Assembly: GCF_000372725.1 (NCBI RefSeq)
Contig: NW_005201732.1
Span: forward strand, 310,001 to 374,000
Origin: Emiliania huxleyi CCMP1516
Taxonomy: Eukaryota
Length of the DNA stretch: 64,000 nt
Reading direction: 5' to 3'
Shown: positions 13,157 through 25,188 of the stretch, in pieces
Position numbering within the stretch: the first letter of the stretch is position 1
Layout of the letters: every line of letters begins with the position of its first letter
Position numbers and translations under genes: made by a program
Notes under the pieces: model-generated
What the model was told of the DNA's origin: nothing
The model's database searches: none
The model's input: only the letters and a program-made list of their open reading frames with translations

Positions 13157-16100
13157 TCAGAGCTCGCGCATCGCGGCGCCGCCGTGGCCGTCGAAGGCGA
13201 GCTCGTGCGTGTGGTGGCGCGCGAGCTCAGGGCGGTGCGCCACGACGAGGGTGGCCGCCTCGCTCGCGGCGAGGAAGGCGAAGAAGCGCTCCTCGAAGCC
13301 GGCCTCGCAGGCGGAGGTTGGCTCGTCGGCGACGATCAGCGCCGGAGGGGAGGAGGAGCGGCACGCGAGGTAGAGGCGCGCGGCGGCGAGGCGCTGCCGC
13401 TCGCCACCGGAGAGGGAGCCGCCTGCGGGCGAGGCCGCGCCGCCGCGGTCAGCGGCGCAAGCGCGACGAAGCGAAGCGGGGAGGGGGCGGGAGCGAGTCA
13501 GCGGCGCAAGCGTGGCGAGGCTAGTGAGGGAGGGGGGGGGGGACGCCGAGGTCTGGCCGCGGCTCGTCGAGCTCGGCGCCGCCTGCGGCGAGCCTCTCGA
13601 GCCCGGCCCACGCCAGAGCCTACAGGACGGCGCCTTGAGCGCTCCTCGACCGCCCCGACAAACTTCCCAAGCGGCGGACCCAATCTGAGCCTCGAGAAAC
13701 ATGGCGTCAGCGGCGGGCGCGGCGTCGGCCAGCGGCGTGGGGTACAAGAGCTGCGCCTGCGCTCAAAGCGAAGCGAGGAGCTAAGGCGGGGGCTGGCGGG
13801 GGAGTCTCGTCCCCGCGGCGCGAGCGAGGGTGCCCGCAGACAGCCGGTCGGGAGGATGTACGGCCGCTGCGGCAGCGCGACGATCCGGTCGGACGGCGGC
13901 GTCGACACCTCGCCCGCGCGCGCCTACACGCGGCGAGGCGCCTCTGGCCCGTCACTCGGCCGGGGCGCGGCGGCGGTCCGCTCCGCGCGCGCAGCCCGCC
14001 GGCCACACGCCGAGCGCAACCCGCAGCAGCGACGACTTTCCGCAACCGTTTGGCCCCGAGACGAAGACGTGGGCTCCGCGCGGGACGGAGGCGGAGAGGG
14101 GGCCGGCGAGGGGGGGCTCGGAGAGCGCTGGCGGGGCGATGACGACGGACCGGAGCTCGAGCGCCATCCCTGCCGCCGAGCAGCGCCGCCGTGACGAGGG
14201 AGAGAGGGTGGCGCGTGTGCGCGTCGCGGGGTGAGTGTGCTGTCCCGGCTGGCTGCGCGTGGCTGGGGGGGGCGGGGTTGCACCAGAGCCCGCCGTGCGA
14301 GCCTGGACGAGGGCTCGCTCGAGCAGCGGCGGGGCCGCACCCTCGCCGCCCTTCTTGGCGGGTCCGTTGCCGTTTGCGGCTTCGGCGTGCGCCGGCTCGA
14401 GCGAGGTGAGGAGGGCGAGGACGCGGCGGGCGTGCGCCGAGGCGGTGGCTGCAGTCTTGTGCGAGAGGACGAGGTCCTGCTCACAGCCGGAGGTGTGGAG
14501 AGAGGCGTTGTGCTTTTCTGTGAAGAGAGGCGCGGGAGGGGGCGGGGTGAGGGGCGAGGGAGGGACAGGGCGGTGTTCCTTGCAAGCCATCCCAACGTGG
14601 ACGAGGAGGTGGAGCGAGGTGAGAAAGTACTCGGTCGGGTCGGCTCCGCCCGGGGCGGCGCGCACGACGGCGGGCAGCATCGCGGTGAAGGCGGCGAGGA
14701 TGCCTACGCGCCACGCGCCTCACACGCCCTCACCGCGGGGCTGCCTGCCCGCCTGAGCGGTGGAAGGCGGCGAGGGCTGTGCCGAGGTGCCGCAACACGT
14801 ACCCGTCCAGCGAGTCCGAGCCTGGGAGGGGAGGCACCGGTGGGAAGCGAGCGCGCGCGAGAGCAGGGGGAGGGCGCAAGGCTTGCCACCGAAGCGCTGC
14901 AGCTGCAGCTGCGAGGTGCGCCCGGCGGCGGCGGCGAGCGAAGCGTGCAGCGCCTCCGCCTCGGCTGCGCCGCCCCCCATGAGTGCAACCTCCTCGGCGT
15001 ACTCGACGAGGTGCGAGTGCAGCGCGAGCAGCTCCGCCTGCAGACGCTCGAGGCCAGGGCTCGAGGACGCCTCCCGCAGCGGCGCTTTCGGCGGGGGGGG
15101 GCGCTGCGGCGCGAGGAGAAGGCGGGTGAGGAGAAGGGGGGGGGGGGGTCGCCTCCGCGTCTGCCACGCCCGTCGTCATCGTCGCGATCGAGGGGCCGGC
15201 GAAGCGGGTCCAGCAGCCGGCGGCGAAGAAGAAGGAGTAGCAGTAGCAGAGCGGGCCGGGGCCCATCATGAGAGCCAGCTTGACCGAGAGGAGGGACACC
15301 TCGACCAGCGGCTTCGAGAGGGCCTGCGCGAGGGAGGTGCACGCAGGTCTGCTCGGAGGCCCGCGAGGAGGCGGCTGCACGCCTTGTGTCGTCGTCGTGG
15401 GTGGCACAAGCGGCTGCCCCCTCGCCACATCCCTCGCCGCCTCCCCCTCGCCGCGCCCTCCCGGACCCGCTCGCCCGGACCCAGTCGCCGCCGCGCGGGA
15501 GAGGGGGGGGCAAGTGGAGGGCGGGGCGGGGCGGGGCACTGCAGAGGGCGGGACAGTGCGAGCTTGCGCAGGGCAGGGCTTGCGCAGGGCAGGGCGGGGC
15601 AAGCGCAGCCGCGCACCTCGTACAGCTCGACGGCGGAAGAGCAAAACTCCGCCGGGTCTGTCAAGCACACGCCGACTGCGCCGCCGCGCGACGTGTCGGC
15701 GCTGCCCTCCGCCGCCGCCGCGAGCGCGCCGGGCAGCCTGCGCGTCGCCGTCCCCTCCGGAGCGGGCATGAGCGGCGCGTCGGCGCCCGCCGCGCCCAGC
15801 TTGTCCACGACTGTCTGCAGCAGCCGCTCGCGCAGGCAGAGCGCCGCACGCTCGCGCGAGAACTTTTGGAGGGCGGTGGTGGCGGCCGCCGGCAGCGCCC
15901 AGAGCGCGTAGGTCAGCTGCCGGCTGAAGAGCTCCTCCCACTCCCCCTTTGCGAGCAACGAGCCGAGCGAGCCGATCTCGGAAGACACCTTGACCGACAC
16001 TGCGAGCCGCACGCCCAGGCCAAGCGAGAAGACGCCGAGCCACGCGGCCGAACGGCTCCAATACGACGGCATGGCGAGACGCAGCACGGTGCGGAGCGGG

Positions 16101-16333
16101 CCGGGTGCCTTTGGAGGCCTGGACGGCGGCGGCGGCGCGACGAGTGTGCCGTCCTTCTCCGCCGGAGGCTTGAGTGCACGGCGCGCCTTGAGCTTGAGCC
16201 GGAGGAAGACGGCGCGACCGGTCACGCCGACAAAGGTGACGGCCCACCCGGCGAGGAGCACACGGCCGCGTGGCTCGTTCACCCAGGCGCGAAGGAGCCG
16301 GCTGAGGACCGAGCCCTCGACTTGGTGCACCAT
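13157..16333 (-). CDS. ABC half transporter, ABCD (peroxisomal fatty acyl-CoA importer) family, multi-exon
   Basis: Walker A GPNGCGKSSLLR, LPQRPY, signature LSGGERQRL, Walker B IVADEPTSA, VAHR; EAA-like HSHLVEYAEEVALMGG; KPLVEV TM region. Confidence 0.88.
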
Positions 16334-16360
16334 CGCCGACCCACGAAATTTCCCAAAATG

Positions 16361-16771
16361 CAGGTGTGTATTCTTTTTGCTTGATGCGGCCAGCATGCTG
16401 AAATTCTGGAAAAACCTGACCGGCCCCTGCGGTGCCCCTACCTACCTACCTACCTACCTACCCTACTTATGGGAAACTAAAAAAGAAATCACGGGCCTGG
16501 TGAAGGTGGGGTACTATACCAACTACAGTGATGGCTGGCGGTACTCTCCTGCAATCACAGTCCTTCCTGTGACGTGGCAGGCCACTATCAAGCCCTACAA
16601 GCACCAGATCACCCACTTGGGGAGGGTTGACGTCGTGATTTTTGCCGAAAATTTCTTTTTTTGCTGTGAAAATTCCGGCGTGAAGAGAGGGAAAAACCCG
16701 AAGGGAGCGCCCAGACCTACCCTACCTACCCCGGCATGCTGGCCGCCCCAAGCAAAAAGAATACACACCTG
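16361..16771. mobile_element. MITE, 411 bp, ~38-bp TIRs beginning CAGG
   Basis: caggtgtgtattctttttgcttgatgcggccagcatgc at 16361; reverse complement with 2 mismatches ends at 16771; flanks caaaatg / aaaaatg (imperfect TSD). Confidence 0.8.
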
Positions 16772-17157
16772 AAAAATGAAAAGAATTTGATGTGCGCCGC
16801 GCGGGTGCTAGCTTTCCATCAGTTAAAATCTCTGTGTGGTGGCGGCGTGCCGTCCTCCCATCCCTCCCTTGGGTTCTCCGTTTTCTTTCTTTCTTTCTTT
16901 TTCCACCGGTTAAAATCGTACGAAAATCCCTGTGTGGTGGCGGCGTGCCGTCCTCCCATCCCTCCGTTAGGTTGTGTGCTAGTGCCAGTGCGCGCCAGTC
17001 CCGTGCCCAGTGTCGTGCGAGGGAGTTTTGTTGTAAAATTCTTCCGGCGGTAAAGTTCTTTTAACGTGCCAGTGCGCGCCAGTCCCGTGCCCAGTGTTGT
17101 GCGAGGGAGCTGGTTGTAAAATTCTTTTAACCGTTCTGAAGGTGCCTATATGGGCTT

Positions 17158-18352
17158 TGTCAGGAGACAGAACACGGAGGAGCTGTATAGGTCACTAGAG
17201 ACCCACACCATCGCTACATCACCACAGCCACCAAGTCGGATACAAGTCGATGACAATGTGCGCGGCAGGACAAACCAAACATGAGACGGTTACACAAGGA
17301 CGGTCAGGCTACGGTCAGGAAGTAGGTTTGAGTTCACACTCTCCAACACTCCCCCATTGTCTCCGCAGTCTTCATGAATGAGGATGCGGCAGACAACAAC
17401 AGCAGAGTGTGAATGTGTCTGAGCGTAGGTATGCCATCCAGACGGCAGAGACGCTCGTAGAGGCGCATTGGACTTCTTGCCAGAGGCGTTGGACAGCGGG
17501 ACGGGCTAGCGCGAGGAGGCAGGACGAGGAAGAGTCAGACAGCAATGAGGTAGAGTGGCATTGCCACGTCGAACAGATGCCCAACACTCCCCCACGACGT
17601 GATAATCGCCACACAAGGCAGAGAGGGCGTGTCGATCGTCGCGTGTTCATCGCGTACAGCTCCGGTCGTGTCGAGCGGCGACGTCGGAAGTAGCGGCGGC
17701 GAAAGGCAGGGTCCACATTCGGTGCGAGATCTTTGCGGTAGCTGCCGTTGCAGCAGCCCGAGAGCTGGTAGCGGAGGCAGCAGCTGCGATGGTGGTCCGT
17801 AGGCGAGGAGAACGGACCGGTAAGGAGAAGCAAGAGGGGATACACGTGTCCACACAGCCGCAGTGCTGGCGTAGATGCGCTCTGTCGCAGAAGATCCGCA
17901 AGCACCCAAGTTGATGTTGCGGTTGTACTCATTCTGCTCAGCCTCCGAGCCGAGCAGTTGGCGGCCGCTGTGCCACCGTGCGCCGAGCCTCTGTGCCCAG
18001 CCAATCACCACGGCTCGCGCAGTTGCCCATGGTGCCAGCCAACGTATCGAGCGTAAGCCGGAAATGCTGTGCGGCAACACATCTCGCTTGTGTGCCGCAC
18101 CAGCTCTCATGTCGGCCTCAGTGCCGCACTGCTCACTCCGTGCTCTCACCGGTCGGTACCATGTCAGGAGACGGAACACGGAGGAGCTGTATAGGTCACT
18201 AGAGACCCACACCATCGCTACATCACCACAGCCACCAAGTCGGATACAAGTCGATGACAATGTGCGCGGCAGGACAAACCAAACATGAGACGGTTACACA
18301 AGGACGGTCAGGCTACGGTCAGGAAGTAGGTTTGAGTTCACACTCTCCAACA
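17158..18352 (-). mobile_element. Complete non-autonomous LTR retroelement (TRIM-like), 1195 bp
   Basis: 191-bp TG...CA LTRs at 17158-17348 and 18162-18352 with one difference seen; 5-bp TSD GGCTT; minus-strand PBS-like TGGTACCGACC next to the 5' LTR; PPT GGGGGAG next to the 3' LTR. Confidence 0.95.
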
Positions 18353-18502
18353 GGCTTCCAGTATCGGACCTTCAACAAGACATGCGCTTTTGGCCGGAGG
18401 CTGCTTCGGACACGTCCCTTGAACAAACATATATGGGTGGTCATCGCCAATTCGCGCGCTCCGACTTGCAAGGGACTGAGAATCGAGTCATACCTCCTAC
18501 AC

Positions 18503-20875
18503 ATGGTTGACATGCTCCGCGCGGACCTCGAGGCCAGCTCGTCGCCGACCATGCGAGCAAGCAGCGACGCAAAAGGCGACGAGCCCAATGCTCGTTCCGT
18601 CGCTGCTACAAGGCCATCGCTGTGTCGTTTTCCACGCCTCGCCCCGTGCTGCGGCCTCCTCGTCGTCATCGGAGCTCTGCTCGTCGGCCTCTTCGTGGGC
18701 TGGCGCCTTCGCCCCAAGGATGGCATCGTGTCCGACCTGCTCTGCCCGAACGTGTTTGACGGACCGCCTCTCTGCCACGAGCTGCTGGACTTGCCAGGTT
18801 TCCTCGCGCCCGGCTCTCTGTTCCACGAGCAGTGTCAGGAGAAGTGCAACGAGAAAGACTCGAACGTTAGCAAGGTCTGCAGGGTCGTCAAGGCCAAGCC
18901 AGGCCTGATCCCGTGCACCACCGTTCTCGATGTGAAGGAGACTGCAAAGGCGCTGGCGAGGCAGATTGGGATGGAGTACCGGAAAGGGCAGAGCCTGCGA
19001 GAAGTAATCGAGTCGGTGGTGACGGAGGACCTGAACGGCGCGGCGCGCTCATTTTTCTGGTACTTGCGCGAGACACGCCTCGATGCGCTCTTCCTCAACT
19101 ACCTGGAAAACCCAGACGGCCCTGGTCAGCTCACCCCGACCCTGGCTCCCTACTTGCTCTCTCCCTTCGGCACGGGTGCGGCGTCTCTCCTGTCGGAATT
19201 GGGGCGGTCGATCCTGTCGATCCCCGCCATCGCCCACATTCTCTACAACTCGCACCCGAGCGCGTCCATCGCGACGGCGGAGCTTCTCAACCTCCTCGGG
19301 CGTACCGGAATCCGGGTGCCTTCGCTCGTCCCTGGGGCGCTCGGCCTCGGCCTCGCTTCCGCTCAACCTCACTCCCTTGGCTTGGGGTGGCTCGCGTCCA
19401 GCCTCCTTGGCCGCGACACGCAGCTTGTGGCGCCAGACGCTCTGGGCAAGCTGATCGACCCGCAGGTCCATGCCGGCCAAGACCAGTCGCTCGCCGTCAA
19501 GCTGACGCCAACGCCCGACGATTGGAGCGAATACGTCGAGAAGTGGTACAACGCGGGCCAGGGCATCTCCCTCCGGCGCAACGACCCGAACTACCCTCTC
19601 CTCGAACGGCTGGCTAACTACTTCCAGAACTCATGGATGAGCATGCTCCTGTTCAACATCAACGGAGATGGGGTGTACCGCTTCAGCTGCGACTACGACC
19701 GCCTCTCGAAGCTCGGCGAGGCCGCGCCCGCGCTGATGAAACACCTCGTCACCCCGGATCCCACGACGAACGAGACGCTGCTTCGCGGCGGCTCTGCCTA
19801 CGGCGAGCTCATCTTTGAGATGGTGGACCACGATGGACGGCGTGTGCTCAAGCCGAGCGCGAATCAGACGCTGCTGCAGCCGCGCCAGCTTTCAGCGTTG
19901 CTGCAGTGCGCGCACAACGGTGCCCAGATCTACCACGTCGGCCTCCACGTTGCGTCGCAGTCGATGGCGTACGCGAGCAAGGATCTCGCCACTGGCCACC
20001 AAGATCTCTCCCAGGATCCCGTCTTCCGCATGCTCAACCCTGGCCGCGATGCGACGTCGAATATCAACGCGGCGGCCGACGCATCACTGGTGAACGTGCC
20101 CGGCTTCGGGTCGCGCCGCCTGAACGCAGCCGACATGAAGGCCCTCAAGGTCCACGGCGTCGCGCCCCTCCTCGCCGACCCGTGCAATGCGTCTCGCTAC
20201 AACCCCCGCCACGACCAGCACGTTACCGAGGCCACGCTCGGCCAGCTGAATTTGTTCAACCCTACCGGCCGCCGCGCTCTCGGCATCATCTGCGCCGACG
20301 TGAGCGAGCCGGAGCAGGCCATCCAGCTGCCGGAGCGGGCGTGGGGCCAATACGTCCGGCGGCTGCGCGACGACCTCCACATCGCCTCCCAGGTCGAGCC
20401 CGTCTACATCGAGCGATACGAGCCGCCCCTCTCTGCCATGGCGATCGGGATAGAGCACACGATGACCTTCTCCATCAACTTCCTTTGGGCCGAGCTCGAG
20501 CGGCAGCCGCCCGCCGAGGCCCTGCCGTTCGCCGACATGCCCAATCCTCGCGCGTTCGGCGCCGCCTTCTTCCTCGACGTTGTCGCCTCCGCAGTCATCA
20601 CCGTCTTCTCGCACAAGACTTTGCTGGAGTGCTCCGAGCCGATCCCGGAACACACGCAGACATCCATCACGAACGAGCAGCTGATTGTGGCCGACTTCCC
20701 GCGCTCCATCGAGCTCGGCTACGACGTCAAGCTGCGCAAGATGGCGCACAGCCTGCGTGCGCTGTGGGCGGAGACGAGCCTCTTCATGGAGGCGCACCAC
20801 CCGGGCTCCCCGGTGATGAATGCCTCGTTTGTCTACGAGGTTCAGCGGTGCGTCTCCTCCTCCACCTGGATCTGA
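18503..20875 (+). CDS. Divergent lipoxygenase-like protein with N-terminal TM anchor, intronless (~790 aa)
   Basis: Long clean ORF. Motifs in LOX order: ISLRR, CDYDRL, DGRRVLKP, QIYHVGLH, DPVFRMLNPG...NINAAADASLV, GIEHTM, C-terminal SSSTWI. Confidence 0.65.
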   Translation: MVDMLRADLEASSSPTMRASSDAKGDEPNARSVAATRPSLCRFPRLAPCCGLLVVIGALLVGLFVGWRLRPKDGIVSDLLCPNVFDGPPLCHELLDLPGFLAPGSLFHEQCQEKCNEKDSNVSKVCRVVKAKPGLIPCTTVLDVKETAKALARQIGMEYRKGQSLREVIESVVTEDLNGAARSFFWYLRETRLDALFLNYLENPDGPGQLTPTLAPYLLSPFGTGAASLLSELGRSILSIPAIAHILYNSHPSASIATAELLNLLGRTGIRVPSLVPGALGLGLASAQPHSLGLGWLASSLLGRDTQLVAPDALGKLIDPQVHAGQDQSLAVKLTPTPDDWSEYVEKWYNAGQGISLRRNDPNYPLLERLANYFQNSWMSMLLFNINGDGVYRFSCDYDRLSKLGEAAPALMKHLVTPDPTTNETLLRGGSAYGELIFEMVDHDGRRVLKPSANQTLLQPRQLSALLQCAHNGAQIYHVGLHVASQSMAYASKDLATGHQDLSQDPVFRMLNPGRDATSNINAAADASLVNVPGFGSRRLNAADMKALKVHGVAPLLADPCNASRYNPRHDQHVTEATLGQLNLFNPTGRRALGIICADVSEPEQAIQLPERAWGQYVRRLRDDLHIASQVEPVYIERYEPPLSAMAIGIEHTMTFSINFLWAELERQPPAEALPFADMPNPRAFGAAFFLDVVASAVITVFSHKTLLECSEPIPEHTQTSITNEQLIVADFPRSIELGYDVKLRKMAHSLRALWAETSLFMEAHHPGSPVMNASFVYEVQRCVSSSTWI

Positions 20876-21031
20876 GATGAAGGTATTGCAATAGAGAGTA
20901 CACCTGTTGATGTGCAGTGAGAGCAAGGGTCTCGGTGTTGGCTTGTCTTGTCTAGTGAGCACGGATTCTCGGTTATCGTACATAGCGACGGGTCAATGGA
21001 CGATGCGCCGTCCCTCTCAGTCTCACGCCAT

Positions 21032-21373
21032 ACGAGGTATTTTCTTCTCAATAAAACAAGGTCTGTGAACGTGTATGCAAGGTCTTGTTTCTTATCTGCC
21101 CGCGGGCCGACCCTCACAGCTAACAGCTCACCTATCTGTGAATCTCATAGACCAGCGCAAAGCGCCACAGGAGGTATTTTCTTCTCAATAACAAGGTCTG
21201 TGGAATACGAGGTATTTTCTTCTCAATAACAAGGCGGTGAGGTATTTTCTTCTCAATAACAAGGCTGTGAAGCCATCCCCAGGGCCTCCAGGGCTCGCAC
21301 CTCAACCTCTCACAGACCAGCGCATAGCGCCATAGGACGTATTTTCATTTTCTTCTCATAACAAGGCTGTGAA
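21032..21373 (+). repeat. Cluster of about 5 copies of a ~30-bp motif inside a dispersed upstream repeat
   Basis: gaggtattttcttctcaataacaagg(t)ctgtgaa near 21034, 21173, 21209, 21239 and 21338; related copy inverted at 39327-39440. Confidence 0.85.
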
Positions 21374-21450
21374 TCACCCTACTGTGAAATGAAAGCGGCA
21401 TACGGCCGTCGCCGCCCGTCGCCGCCCGTCGCCTCGAAGGGTCGAAGCCT

Positions 21451-22833
21451 GTGGTTCTGCGCCGCAGGGGGTGGCTGCGCCGCGAGCCTCAACTTCCGTC
21501 AGGGATGTGGCTCGCGCCAAACGACACACGGCTCCTCTACTCTGACTACCTCCACCTGCACAAGGACTCGCGCCGCGCCGTGTTTGACCGCTGCTTTGAC
21601 CCGCAATGGCCCTGCCGCTGGCTCCCAGAGACGGAGTACGCGCGGAACGGTTGGCAGCGCACCAACCTCTCGGGTCCGTTTGCCGAGATGCAGACGCCCG
21701 GCGCCACGGTGTCGTTCGAAACCGACGCCACCGCGGTCACGGCGCACCTCGAGTACTCGGGCGACTGCCGGCCAGGGTGCCCGTCCACACAGTGGGCCGG
21801 GCAGGAGGAGGACGCGAGGCGATGCTACGACCCACTGCGCAAAGGCAACGCGCAGCCGTCGGACGTCTGCGAGGCAAGCTGCGTACCGATCCTCTTCGTG
21901 GACGGTGTGCGTCGGCAGCTGCCACCAACCGAGGTTGGCGCGCCACGGCTGTACATCGGAGCCGTGGCGTTCGATCTCGCCGTCGATGAGGCTGCGCCGA
22001 TGGGAATGCGCCGTTTCGAGCTCTCCATGCCGTGGGGCGCTGCCACGCACCTCGCCGGCTTGAGGCTTGCCCGCCCGCCCACCTCTGACGGCATTACTGT
22101 CCAACGGCCGCCTCCTCGCGGCCGGTTCACGTACATCGCGTACGGCGACTCCATCACGCACGGGTACTGCGCCGAGACGCCGTACCCGGGCTTGATTGGC
22201 AGGCTCAACAACTGGACCGCAATCAATCTCGGCTGGGGAGGCATCCGGGTCACGCCCCGGCACGGACCAGCGCTGGGCGCTATCCCCGCCGACCTCATCT
22301 CGATGCTCATTGGCACTAACGACTACGGCGGAGGAAACTGCGAAGTTGCGGCTGGCCTATCTGAGACGCTCAATGGCATCCGGGAGGCTCAGCCGGACGT
22401 CCCGCTCGTCGTCATCACGATGATTGTGAGGCGCGAAGCAGGAGACCCGCACGGCGACTGCAGCAGCGACGGCGGCGGTGGCGGCGTCACGCTCGAGCAG
22501 CTTCGTGAGCAGCTCCGGAGGGAGGTGAACAGGCGCATCCACGCCGGCGACCGGAACCTCCACCTAGTCGAGGGTGGTGGGCTGCTCTCGCTCGGCGACC
22601 TCGGCGATGGCCTTCATCCGGCCGGCACAGACGCGATGGAGAAGCTCGCGAGAGGCATCAATGCCCACTTTCACCGTCTGGGCCTTGCGCGCACTTTTCA
22701 CTGCTACGCAGAGCGCTACCCGCACCTGCTCGAGGAGTACTGCGGCGGTACCGCCACCGAGTGCGACTGGGTGGCCCTGCAGCGCCACTGGGACCAGCAT
22801 GGCCGCGTGGGGGGGCTGCGTGCTGATTGCGAC

Positions 22834-22864
<31 letters not shown>

Positions 22865-23166
22865 ACAGCTCGCTCGGCGCGATGGCTGCGAGGCACAACC
22901 ACAGGGCCCGCGGTCACGCGGCGACGAACGCTGCGACGACTGCCGCAATCTGGTGCTCCGCCGTGGTTGGGGCGGGCGCGCTCGCCGTGGCGTTCGGAAT
23001 GCTCCTCCGGGCCAAGGGGCACACCCGCTTCGCGAAAGTCCTCGGCTCCGAGGGCGAGTACGAGCTGGAGCCCGGGCCTGCCGACAGGTCTCGGGCGCCA
23101 AAACGCCGCGGACGCAGGCAGTCACAAGACAGGGAGCTGGCTCCAGCAGAGGAGAGTCCAAGGTGA
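21451..23166 (+). CDS. SGNH/GDSL hydrolase with C-terminal TM segment
   Basis: Blocks YGDSITHG, NLGWGG, IGTND, DGLHP; poly-Pro linker then hydrophobic AIWCSAVVGAGALAVAFGMLL; start uncertain. Confidence 0.88.
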
Positions 23167-23659
23167 CGCGCACCGCTTGCGGTGGTGGATCGTGGCCCAC
23201 GATGAGACGGTTGAACGGTTCTCGCTTCTTCGTACTTCGACTTCGTGCTTCGTCTGGTGCTGGTGCTGGTGTGAAGATATCTCAGAAAATCTCCCCACAC
23301 TCAGCCGGCCGTGCTCTCGCTCTTAGCTTGAGGTTGAGCTAGCAGCAGGGCCTTGCTCTCGGTCCCCACACTCAGCAGGGCCGTGCTCTCGCTCTTGGCT
23401 TGAGAGAGCAGGAGGGCCAGGTGCACAACCCCTGGTGCCGCAACGACAGGAAAACTCACCCGCCTCCTGCACCCCGTAACCGCACAAAAAGCGTATTAGG
23501 ACTCTGTGGAGGACCCTGTGTGAGTTCCATGGTGAATTCTGTGCGAGTTACACCCTTTTTTGTGTGTGTGCGTTGCCGATTCAAACGTGCCACGCACATG
23601 TGCATCGTACAGCCCATGCACATGCGCACATGCTACATGCATGTTGCACTCTCTTGCAC

Positions 23660-23712
23660 ATGTCCATGTCCATGTCCATGTCCATGTCCATGTCCTCCAT
23701 GTCCATGTCCAT
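23660..23712. repeat. (TGTCCA)n hexamer repeat
   Basis: Directly visible. Confidence 0.95.
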
Positions 23713-23773
23713 GGACGCACATGCACCTCCCCTGCTCTGCAGACCCATGTGCAGACCCGCCTTCAACGGATTT

Positions 23774-25188
23774 TTAGTAGACTTGGACGGTCTCTGGGTC
23801 GGCGCCGCCAGCCTGGCGCCGAGGCGCCTTTGCGGGTGCGACGACTCCGCCGGAGCCCACGACTCGGCTCCTGGCGGGCCCGGCCGCGGCCCGGCCGGCG
23901 ACCACGCGGTCCCGCGCCTCGACGAACGCGTTCCGCTGGGCGAGCGCCGCCTGCGCCACCTTGCGCACGCACACGAGCTGCACGATGAAGTTGTTTCCGA
24001 AGTGGAGCAGCACCGGCAGCGCCAGGCCGCCGCCCGTGCCGAGGTAGGCGGCGCCGAAGACGAGGCCGCCGAGGAAGGTCCACGCGGCGTAGATGGAGCG
24101 CTGCACGGCAGAGCGCTCGTTCCAGATGTGCATCGCCCCGAAGACCGCCGAGCTCAGCGCGGCGGCGAGCGGCGCCGGCAGCCGCGCCTTTGAGACGAGC
24201 CCGTGGAGCAGCAGCGCGCGGAAGAGCACCTGGGAGGCGGCGGCAGGGGACAATGCAAGGAGCGTGGCAGGGAGACGCCGCCCTCTCCCACCCGCCAGGT
24301 CGGCCTCATCTCGTCCTCCTCATCTCGGCCACATCTCCCTCCTCATCTCGGCCACATCTCGGCCACATCTCCTGAAATCTCGAATCTCGCCTCCTCGCCC
24401 ATAGAGCTGCCGGCGGCGAGCTGGAGGATGGGGAGCAGGATGGCGCCGCGCGTGGCGGGGCGCCGCAGCGCCGCCCACAGCGAGAGTCGGGGAGGCTCGT
24501 CGCCTGAGGCGCTGCCGCCGCCCGCCGCCGCCTCGGCAGCTTCTGATGCGGCGGAGTCCACCCAGACGGCAACACCGTCGCGGCAAGTGACCGCGGCGAG
24601 CTTCTGGCCAAAGTCGGACGGGCAGCCGGCGAGCTGCCGCAGGCCTTGCGTCGCCGCCTGCAGCAGCCCCAGCAACGTCGCCGTCGCCGCCGCCACCGCC
24701 ACCGTGGAGGTGAGGGGCAGCAGGCGCGCGCGGCTGGGCAGCCTCCCGAGCGGCGCAAAGCGGCAGAGGACGACGCCGAGCAGCGAGCCGGCTGCGGTCT
24801 GCATGTTGAGCTGCGACAGCAGCCGGCCGCCGAGCGCGGCGGCGAAGACGGCGTTGTCGTCGGCGAGGATGGCGTCCAGCGGCAGGTCGGACAGGAAGGT
24901 GGCGCCCGAGTGCTCGTTCAGCTCCGCGAGGACACGCTCGGCGTGGAGGACGTGCGCGTTGCGCCGCTCGAGCAGCCGCGCGCGCGCTTCGTGCAGCCGC
25001 AGCCGCAGCACGTCGTCGCTCTCCCACGGCGCGTGATCCGTCTCACGCAGTGCAAGCTCCGCCTCGAGCGAGGTGCGGTTCATCTTGTGGACGGCGCCAC
25101 CGCTCACGAGCGCGCCAAGGATGGGCTGGTCGGATCCGAGCGCAGCACGGGCGCACGCCGAGAGGACGAGGACGAGGTGAAGCCTCAT
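23774..25188 (-). CDS. CPBP/Abi (type II CAAX protease) family intramembrane metalloprotease with signal peptide
   Basis: EE|VLFR across intron ~24230-24392, SSAVFGAMH, LLHFGNN; N-terminus MRLHLVLVLSACARA. Confidence 0.85.

Noticed and set aside
18254..18502. N-terminal 83 codons of the 873-aa ORF
   Set aside because: Starts inside the LTR; the real start is more likely ATG 18503 or later
21032..21373. CRISPR-like ~30-bp repeats
   Set aside because: Spacing is irregular (about 30-140 bp), the spacers are related to each other, there are no cas genes, and the context is eukaryotic
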